The position numbers and the translations under genes were made by a program. Under the pieces are notes generated by a model. The model worked only from the letters and a program-made list of their open reading frames with translations. It was not told where the DNA came from and did not search any database. Shown one piece after another: positions 57,057-64,000 of a DNA stretch of 64,000 nt. The stretch's first letter is position 1. Each line of letters begins with the position of its first letter. Source of the DNA: a virus (lineage: Duplodnaviria; Caudoviricetes); IMG/VR virus record IMGVR_UViG_3300014697_000001, positions 96,001-160,000 of that record. One strand, 5' to 3'.

Positions 57057-57764
57057 ATGGCCAGTCGTCAAGAAGTCACTGCCTTCATCGTAGAGTCGCT
57101 GGCAGGTATCATTCCTGGTGATCGGTATAATGCCGATCTGGCCGAGAAGCGCCTCAATGCCATGGGTGACGAGGAATTCGATCAGTACATTCGGGCACTG
57201 GCTAAACCCAGTACCGAAGATGAGCGAGTGCATCAGGAAATCATACCGTTCTACTCCCCTAACCTGAAAGACCCTCGCATCACCATGGAGAGTCTGATGC
57301 AGGTGGCGGAGAAGATTAAACACCCGCTCTTTGAGCGCATCTGGCTCACCGACCCTCAGACCAGCGAGACCTTCCTCACGCCGCATAGCTACCTGATTCT
57401 GGACATGATGGTCCGTCGTCAGGCCCAGATGTTGACCAAGAAATCGTCGATCCCAGAAAACACTCGCCACGTTGACGAGATGACCGGTCAGGTGACAGGT
57501 AAGTCTAAGGGCTCTAAGATTTCCTTCCCAGAGTTTCAATCGCAGCTATCGCAGGGGTTGGAACAGACGCTGGTGGAAGAAGTCAAGGTACGAGCCGGTG
57601 ACCGTCTGGCACAGGTCGAGTTTGATCGGCAACTGATCGAGAACGGTGAAGCGTCTCTGGAAGATGTCACTGCAGGCGGTGGTGTGACCAAGTCTACATC
57701 CAGCGTGGCCAACTGGTTGCGAGGGATGATGATCGATAACAACCTGGATGATGTGGGCCCATGA
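57057..57764 (+). CDS. virion RNA polymerase beta C-terminal subunit (phiKZ gp149-like)
   Basis: RRQAQMLTKK...TGQVTGKSKGSKISFPE...EEVKVRAGD resembles the beta C-terminal region. Confidence 0.7.
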   Translation: MASRQEVTAFIVESLAGIIPGDRYNADLAEKRLNAMGDEEFDQYIRALAKPSTEDERVHQEIIPFYSPNLKDPRITMESLMQVAEKIKHPLFERIWLTDPQTSETFLTPHSYLILDMMVRRQAQMLTKKSSIPENTRHVDEMTGQVTGKSKGSKISFPEFQSQLSQGLEQTLVEEVKVRAGDRLAQVEFDRQLIENGEASLEDVTAGGGVTKSTSSVANWLRGMMIDNNLDDVGP

Positions 57765-58246
57765 GTACAGCAGACAACGATAAGCTTATCCTGGATAAGT
57801 TGCTGGTAGCCGTCAAGGATTGGAAACGGATCTTCCTTTCCGATCCGGTCAATGAAGCATTGGGGCTTGAAGAAGTCCTGACCGAGCACCTGGTTCGACT
57901 GCGCCGCATTCGCTGGTATGCCATTGGTGGACCCGTTGCAGTCGAGAAGCTATGGCGCGAATACGTCGAGGTGGAAGACTACACCGGGGAAATGAAAAAC
58001 GCCATTCTGGATTTTTACATGAATGGTGCGACCTACATGTGGCTGGCGACTCCGGTCGTACAGATGCAGAAAGAGTCGTTCATCGGTCATCTCTGCAACG
58101 TGCTGGCATGGGTGCGCTCAAGTCCACTGGTACCCGAATACGTGCGTGAGTACGCTCACGATTACGACTCCTTCCAGAAGCTGCTGAAAGAGAATCACTG
58201 GATCTTGTTGATGATCCTGCTGTCGATCACCCCTGTCGATCAGTAA
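57761..58246 (+). CDS. hypothetical protein
   Basis: 161 aa, ATGA overlap with upstream gene. Confidence 0.65.
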   Translation: MSTADNDKLILDKLLVAVKDWKRIFLSDPVNEALGLEEVLTEHLVRLRRIRWYAIGGPVAVEKLWREYVEVEDYTGEMKNAILDFYMNGATYMWLATPVVQMQKESFIGHLCNVLAWVRSSPLVPEYVREYAHDYDSFQKLLKENHWILLMILLSITPVDQ

Positions 58247-58255
58247 TCTTTATAA

Positions 58256-58267
58256 CGATACATTATC
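58256..58267 (+). promoter_or_regulatory. candidate phage promoter motif CGATACATTATC
   Basis: identical to 4995-5006. Confidence 0.5.
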
Positions 58268-58287
58268 AAGTTGTTGATGAGGTCCTT

Positions 58288-59088
58288 ATGTCCCCTGATA
58301 GCAGCTACGTTCTCCTCTTGGATCTCGATGCGCTCATGGATACCCGCATGGGAACTCTGATGCTTCTTGATCCGGAGTTGAGCACGACTCTGTCGCCTGA
58401 GAAGTACCGTGCCCGAACCATGGATGATTTCGAAAAAATCACCGATGGCCGTGTCACCAACAAAGCGTTCCAGGAACGCTACGCCAAGCGTGACTATAAC
58501 GTCTTGCGGCGCTCTATTGTCACCGGGGTCCTACCGGTTCTTCTGACGTACATCGCAGGTCTTGAGGAACGTCTGGTTAGACAGGTGGATGTGGCCGGCA
58601 TTCGGATCGACCTGAACATCTGGCCGTACAGTCTGCCCGGTCCCCTGATCGAGATGTACAAGAACTGCCTGACAGCTCTGGTTCCACCGTACGTTGAGGT
58701 GCATGTTGTCTCCCACTCGCCTGAGTCGCTGTCTCCGGAGGCCCTCAGTCGTCAGTATAGTGGGTGGGTCACTTACCACTTTCACCCGTGGCTGGAGCTG
58801 CACAACGAAACCCTGCTGGTTAAACCCATTAACGGTGTTTCGGTCATACTCCCCAAGCTCTACTACAGAGAGCTTGGGGAGGAGGATGAGCTGACAGGGG
58901 AATTGCAGGGGGCTGATCGACACGGGCTACTGGAGCTGGTGATGGAAGATTACATTCACCTGGAGCATATCCCGGTAAGTGATTTTAGCTTCATCATCCC
59001 CGGCACCTATCGTCTACCGGAAGATCAGTCGTCACCGGTCAAACGCGAGGCTTCAGAGGCTTCTACCGAAGTCACGAAGTCATCGTAG
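58288..59088 (+). CDS. conserved hypothetical protein, HAD-like N-terminal motif
   Basis: LLLDLDALMDTR. Confidence 0.6.
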   Translation: MSPDSSYVLLLDLDALMDTRMGTLMLLDPELSTTLSPEKYRARTMDDFEKITDGRVTNKAFQERYAKRDYNVLRRSIVTGVLPVLLTYIAGLEERLVRQVDVAGIRIDLNIWPYSLPGPLIEMYKNCLTALVPPYVEVHVVSHSPESLSPEALSRQYSGWVTYHFHPWLELHNETLLVKPINGVSVILPKLYYRELGEEDELTGELQGADRHGLLELVMEDYIHLEHIPVSDFSFIIPGTYRLPEDQSSPVKREASEASTEVTKSS

Positions 59089-59540
59089 TTTACCGGTTGT
59101 GTACCTTGGGTTGTTACGTCAGGCACCAGCACCGGAGCGGGTAATTCCGCCTCCGGTCGCTGGACCGGCGGTATCGACTGGCCAGTTGCCAGATCGAGAA
59201 GGAACGGGTTCTTCCCACCGAGCATACGCAGCAACTCATTCTGGGCTTGCGCCAGGCGTTCAGACTCGCTGACCTGCCGCTCATCGACATCGATCTTGCG
59301 GGTAGTCAGGGCAGCTTGGTCAAGGTCACGCAGGACCTGCAAGAGGGTGTTCGAATCTTTATCGACGCTCGGAACGCCACTCTTGAGGTGTTTCTGAACC
59401 ATCGCCAGGCGGATGCTCTGGGTGGTCTTGATGACATCAGATGGGTCGACCGATGCACTGATGTTCATCGGCATCTCGGTCAGATATTCGGCATCAGTAA
59501 CAGGCATCAGATCCCCTTCGAGGGGATTTATCTCGGACAT
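59025..59540 (-). CDS. hypothetical protein
   Basis: GGAG RBS before MSEINPL. Confidence 0.6.
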   Translation of the reverse strand: MSEINPLEGDLMPVTDAEYLTEMPMNISASVDPSDVIKTTQSIRLAMVQKHLKSGVPSVDKDSNTLLQVLRDLDQAALTTRKIDVDERQVSESERLAQAQNELLRMLGGKNPFLLDLATGQSIPPVQRPEAELPAPVLVPDVTTQGTQPVNYDDFVTSVEASEASRLTGDD

Positions 59541-59604
59541 GGTAAAATCTCCAGGAAAAGACAGTAATCCATAGGATCTTGTGAGAAGTACGTCAGGAAC
59601 CCAC

Positions 59605-60087
59605 ATGCTGACTTCAATATTCCCATGGTGGCGGCGTAAAAAACCAGCCCCCATCACCCAAGGACTCACCATTTATGAACTCATCCAATTTCATCTAGGA
59701 GAACTCCATGAACTGAACCTGAAGAAATTCTCACCCTCAAAGGCCCAGTCCACAAAGCTTGCATGCACCACCCGAAACTTAGAGGAGCTGGAGAAATTAC
59801 TCATCGAAGCGTCTATCTTTGTCAGCAAGGGGCAGTATCTTCCTGAATCATGGAAAGGTCGATCCACCCGCAAGCGTGAGACATCGTTAGACCACTACAT
59901 CACAGAAGACAATGACCTCATCCATCCACTGGACTGGATTGAGTTGCAACGTCACCACATCCTTAAACTCACGGACGCTATCCAGAAAATGGATCGAGCT
60001 GATGCTGAGTACTACCAACGTAAAACCAACTTTATCATTGAGGATCTGAATGCTCTGGTTGCGGCCAGTCGTTTGTGTCTGAAGTGA
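59605..60087 (+). CDS. hypothetical protein
   Basis: AGGA RBS; 160 aa. Confidence 0.6.
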   Translation: MLTSIFPWWRRKKPAPITQGLTIYELIQFHLGELHELNLKKFSPSKAQSTKLACTTRNLEELEKLLIEASIFVSKGQYLPESWKGRSTRKRETSLDHYITEDNDLIHPLDWIELQRHHILKLTDAIQKMDRADAEYYQRKTNFIIEDLNALVAASRLCLK

Positions 60088-60106
60088 TCCACCTAGGTAC
60101 TTAACC

Positions 60107-60691
60107 ATGAGCAAAGAGCAACAACGCATGATGGAGGATCGGGATAAGCTGCTGAATGAAGCAGATAATCCATTGACCTACCTCTTTCGTAAGATTCTTC
60201 GTGACTGGCCTGCAGGATCGGGAGACTGGCCCAGCGGTGTGGAAGCCAAGAATTGGAACATGCGTCTCACGCGCTTTCTAAACAGCCACCTTAGCCGGTG
60301 TCCGAAGAACCCCAAGGACATTGGCCAGGAACGCAACAACTTTAACCGGGCAATTTCCAAGACCCAGATGACCTTCAAGACGTTTCAGAAGGCGCTTCAG
60401 ATTCTTGGACCACTCAAATATAGTATGAGTGTCACGTTGCTACTCCGCAACGGCGAGGAGATCACCATCTCCACACCGATGTTTAAGAACCCATATGCGA
60501 TCATCGATGAGCTGTCCTCGGCTGTCTCTAACAAAGACATGTCACCGGAAAACGACATCGAAAACTACGATCAGGACCAAGACCTGACCGCCGATGCTGT
60601 CGACCACTCAATCGATAAGATCCAAATCCCAGAAGGCAGCGAAGGTCAGGCGTTTGTTACCCGCCGCCGCCGGACGTACCGCACTGACTAG
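60107..60691 (+). CDS. hypothetical protein
   Basis: 194 aa. Confidence 0.65.
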   Translation: MSKEQQRMMEDRDKLLNEADNPLTYLFRKILRDWPAGSGDWPSGVEAKNWNMRLTRFLNSHLSRCPKNPKDIGQERNNFNRAISKTQMTFKTFQKALQILGPLKYSMSVTLLLRNGEEITISTPMFKNPYAIIDELSSAVSNKDMSPENDIENYDQDQDLTADAVDHSIDKIQIPEGSEGQAFVTRRRRTYRTD

Positions 60692-60740
60692 AACGACCAA
60701 GTCGCGTGCTGCCCACCTATAGGTTTACAGGACCACTACA

Positions 60741-61304
60741 ATGACCCTTGACGCATTGCAAAAACAGGACACTCAACCCATCCAACCGAAAAATGATGGG
60801 ATTGACCACATCAACGTCTATTCGCGTGGTGCCACTGCACTTGGCCGTGCATTGTCCAATCTGTCGGACTGCAACATTGAGCACCCCTACTTCGGACACT
60901 TCCGGACACTGGAAGGCCTGTGGTTTTACATGAAGACCGGTTTCAAAGATGATTCGTTCCGGATTGTGAAAGGTATGACCGCTCGCGATCAAGGCAAGCG
61001 GATGCCGAGTGATTATTATCCCCTGTTCAGCAAGATGTTCAAGCTGGGGATGATCGAAAAGCTCGAACGCAATCCCCAACTGCAACGTGATCTGGTCGAG
61101 AACGAACTGCCCTTGGCGCACTATTACGTGTACCATACCAAAGTCATTGTCCAGGATCGCCATCAGTGGCAGCTGGACTATTGGGCACTGTTGCGCTCGG
61201 CACTGAAGAGCACCGGCTCGTTGAACGTCATCCGTCAGGAACTGCAAGAGGAAATCAAGTACCACCTCAGCAACCTGAAAGAATGTCCGAAAGACGACAT
61301 CTGA
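60741..61304 (+). CDS. conserved jumbo-phage protein, possibly NADAR-related
   Basis: HINVYSRG..LGRALSN...FRTLEGLWFY...K..RNPQL. Confidence 0.55.
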   Translation: MTLDALQKQDTQPIQPKNDGIDHINVYSRGATALGRALSNLSDCNIEHPYFGHFRTLEGLWFYMKTGFKDDSFRIVKGMTARDQGKRMPSDYYPLFSKMFKLGMIEKLERNPQLQRDLVENELPLAHYYVYHTKVIVQDRHQWQLDYWALLRSALKSTGSLNVIRQELQEEIKYHLSNLKECPKDDI

Positions 61305-61315
61305 CACACCGGATG

Positions 61316-61352
61316 CGGGGCCTTAGGGCCCCTCTTCCTCCTTTTCTTTTTT
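61316..61352 (+). terminator. intrinsic terminator
   Basis: GGGGCC-TTAG-GGCCCC followed by a pyrimidine/T tract. Confidence 0.55.
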
Positions 61353-61371
61353 GTTTGTTCGAGATCCAGTC

Positions 61372-62379
61372 ATGAGCCTGATTTCCATTCCATTGTTTAA
61401 GACGGACAATACCGAAAAACTTGAAGTGGCTGACGCATACGACGTGGCCAATGAACGCCCCATCAACAAGATTTACCAGGCCAGTAAGAAGAAAGCTGGC
61501 GAGCTTTACTTTCGAGCCGGGGGTGTCAATGGTGTCACAAGTGGCCTGACTAACATTCTTCTGTCCAAGCAAGCCGGTGCCAGTGGAGCACAGCTACTGG
61601 AACAGGGACTCGGGATGTTCGGGACCAGTTCAACTGGTCTGCTGCGTACAGTGGGCGGTGGTGTACTGGATAAGGCCGCCAAGTTCATCGACCTTGACCC
61701 AGCCCTTGTCAGCAAGATCAAACGTACCTCCGATGGGCTACTGACCACGGTCACCAATGGCAACTTGAAAGACATCAGTCAGTATGGCAACGTCGCCAGT
61801 CTGATGGGTGATCTGAGCGGCAATCCTGAAATATCCAGGATGATCAATGTCGGTTTTGAGTCTGCAGTCTGGGGTGCAGCCTTCACTGAAGCCAATAGCT
61901 TCGGCACGTATGACTACTACGAGTCAGTAAGGAGCCATGTAGACCCTGACGTGTACCATCAGGCGGTTATCTACTCGTTACCCTCCGTAGCTACCTCTGG
62001 GTCGGCAGATGCGCTTAAACAAGCGCTGAGGGCCTTGAGTCCCGAAGTCATATTGGCTAACCAGCCAGGCTTCATTGAGATGTTCTTCAGTCAGTTTAAG
62101 TTACCCGAACCACATCCGACTGACATGGCAGCCTTCTCCAACGACCTGGTCGAGAACCTGACTCTGTTGGACCCCCACTGGTACATCCATTCGGCTGACA
62201 CCACACCTGTGGTCTACGATCTCAAATACCTGACCAAGGTCACACCGGACGCGTTGCGGGTACTCTCCATTCATCCGGTCATCGGTCCTCTTGTTCAGAT
62301 CGCGCCTAATTTCCAAGCAGTCTCGGTGGCCGAAGTGATCCGCTCACAATTCCCTAAGATGGTCACCAATCTCAAATAA
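61372..62379 (+). CDS. putative virion structural protein
   Basis: 335 aa; convergent with a structural gene at a CATA/TATG hairpin. Confidence 0.55.
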   Translation: MSLISIPLFKTDNTEKLEVADAYDVANERPINKIYQASKKKAGELYFRAGGVNGVTSGLTNILLSKQAGASGAQLLEQGLGMFGTSSTGLLRTVGGGVLDKAAKFIDLDPALVSKIKRTSDGLLTTVTNGNLKDISQYGNVASLMGDLSGNPEISRMINVGFESAVWGAAFTEANSFGTYDYYESVRSHVDPDVYHQAVIYSLPSVATSGSADALKQALRALSPEVILANQPGFIEMFFSQFKLPEPHPTDMAAFSNDLVENLTLLDPHWYIHSADTTPVVYDLKYLTKVTPDALRVLSIHPVIGPLVQIAPNFQAVSVAEVIRSQFPKMVTNLK

Positions 62380-62381
62380 GC

Positions 62382-62418
62382 GCATAACAGGGAGGGGCAG
62401 CTGCCCCTCCCCTTATGC
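62382..62418. terminator. bidirectional hairpin, CATA...TATG type
   Basis: GCATAACAGGGAGGGGCAGCTGCCCCTCCCCTTATGC. Confidence 0.75.
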
Positions 62419-62424
62419 TGGATG

Positions 62425-64000
62425 TTACTGTCTGTCGGTAGCCATCGAGATAGCTTTGGCACCTTCGCCAAGCAGACCCGACATCGCCCACATGGCTGCA
62501 CGCTCTGGCGACTGGGTGTCGTCGAATGCAGCTTGTTGACGGGCCAGGCGCAAGGCCCATTTACGCAGGGTGTTGATCTCAGCCTCCAACGGAATGCCAG
62601 CCAGAATCGACAGGTAGTCCGTGTAGTTGTTATCGTCGTCATACGTTGAACCCAACATGACCGCTGCAAGGTTCTCGCCGACCTGCCCACCCTGAGAGTA
62701 GTCATACCCATTCAACCAACCGATAGAACCACCTACCGCGTAACCGGCCGCCTGAATGGCCTTGTCCGAATACTCGAACGATGGGTTGATAGGCATGTTG
62801 ACTGCACTGGTCAAATCAATCAAGCCCAACTGGACATCGACACCCAAGAAGGCGCCATTGTTTGTCCAGCCCACATCACCCACGCCACGGGTAAAGGTCA
62901 CCGAATCCACAATGGCCAGACGCGAATGCGCACGACCTTGAGCAAAGTACTCAACGAGGAACGGGGAAGTGTGAGAGGCTTTACCGGTGGACAACGGCAC
63001 TGCCATGGCAAAGATGCAACTCATCGGCAGAATCAAGTTCTGTAGACGAGAGATCGGATCACCATAGGGCGAACGCAATGGGATGTTCAGCGACAGCTTG
63101 TTGAAGTCACAACTTGAACTATCCCAGACCTTAGGGATATCCACATAGGCCGAACCAGCCAATTGGGCTAGGCCTTGAATACCCAGTCCTGTAGCGGCCC
63201 CAGACATGAAATCCTTGAAGGCATCTACCGCACCACCGATGATCCCGACTCCGTCAATGTTGCCATCGAACATACTGAATCGGGTTTCACGGGCACTGGC
63301 CGAGATGCCGTTGATCTGCCCGCTGATTGACGGTTCCTTGGTGCTGTTGCTGAACGACTCGGCTTGGGTCCCGGTGAAGTCCACCCGCAGGCTCAGGAAC
63401 TCGGAACCCATTCTGGCTTCTGCCATAAATGCATCGGCAGTACGCTCAATGATGCCGTCTTCCATTCGGCCGACTTTCTCAACCTTAGACTCAGCGAGGA
63501 GTTCTTCACCTTCCTTGATCTGTCCGAGCATCTCACTGTTTCGCCAGATCTCCACGTAGCTGTCTAGCGTGGCATCCATGTTGTTGACGCCTGTGATGAC
63601 GGCATTCATGTCGTCGCCGTACATGCGTCGCTTAAAGATGGCCTGAATCTCTTCTTTAGAGTTGGCCTTATCCAATTCGCCATTGAGTAGCTCGCGGCGA
63701 TGGTTGACCAGACGCTGACCACGTTGAGCCACGGCAAAGACGTCAATGCCACCATTCTTCCGGTAGATCGATGGGATCATCCGGTGCATGTTCTTGATAT
63801 CGTTCTGGTCGATGCCATTTTCTTTGTTGTAGATGGGTTTGTTACCCTCGTACAAAGGTCGTTCGACGATGCCCATGTTCGCTGCAATACCGTTAACCAT
63901 CGAGCTGACTGCTTGCCAGTAAGGCAACATGGCAGGTTTGAGGTAGTAGTATTTTGACGCAGGCCGGCGCAGGAAGAACCGGATGGCTTTACCGGCCACA
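62425..64000 (-). CDS. putative virion (baseplate/tail) structural protein, 5' end outside window
   Basis: open frame reaches the window edge; SFSNST..S, DIPKVW..S, LRSPYGD motifs. Confidence 0.6.
   Translation of the reverse strand, partial: VAGKAIRFFLRRPASKYYYLKPAMLPYWQAVSSMVNGIAANMGIVERPLYEGNKPIYNKENGIDQNDIKNMHRMIPSIYRKNGGIDVFAVAQRGQRLVNHRRELLNGELDKANSKEEIQAIFKRRMYGDDMNAVITGVNNMDATLDSYVEIWRNSEMLGQIKEGEELLAESKVEKVGRMEDGIIERTADAFMAEARMGSEFLSLRVDFTGTQAESFSNSTKEPSISGQINGISASARETRFSMFDGNIDGVGIIGGAVDAFKDFMSGAATGLGIQGLAQLAGSAYVDIPKVWDSSSCDFNKLSLNIPLRSPYGDPISRLQNLILPMSCIFAMAVPLSTGKASHTSPFLVEYFAQGRAHSRLAIVDSVTFTRGVGDVGWTNNGAFLGVDVQLGLIDLTSAVNMPINPSFEYSDKAIQAAGYAVGGSIGWLNGYDYSQGGQVGENLAAVMLGSTYDDDNNYTDYLSILAGIPLEAEINTLRKWALRLARQQAAFDDTQSPERAAMWAMSGLLGEGAKAISMATDRQ

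Noticed and set aside
1-64000. tRNA/rRNA genes, integrase, transposase, introns or inteins
   Set aside because: None recognisable by eye; tRNAscan-SE and Infernal would be needed to exclude them formally.

Overview
This window is a segment of a phiKZ-like (Chimalliviridae-type) jumbo phage genome. Core genes recognisable from motifs, size and recalled phiKZ gene order are: DnaB-like helicase, major capsid protein with S-x-E maturation sites, non-virion and virion RNA polymerase beta-like subunits, RuvC, portal, endolysin, tail-fibre-like repeat proteins, PAAR/spike, SbcC, RNase H and UvsX/RecA. The standout element is a ~13 kb minus-strand cluster (26331-39258) between the endolysin and the tail-fibre-like genes. 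It encodes six radical SAM proteins, five Fe(II)/2OG or JmjC-like oxygenases, several orphans, and a 234-aa protein whose C-terminus is 14 tandem Cys-His-x-(Ser/Asn) units. It looks like a phage-encoded RiPP-like post-translational modification system with no recognisable protease or exporter, so it may act on a virion protein. Secondary observations: CATA-hairpin-TATG elements at convergent junctions, a shared N-terminal tag on four dispersed accessory proteins, a repeat-flanked origin-like region, and a candidate small RNA. No database search was run, so all homology calls (including phiKZ gp numbers) rest on motifs and recall.
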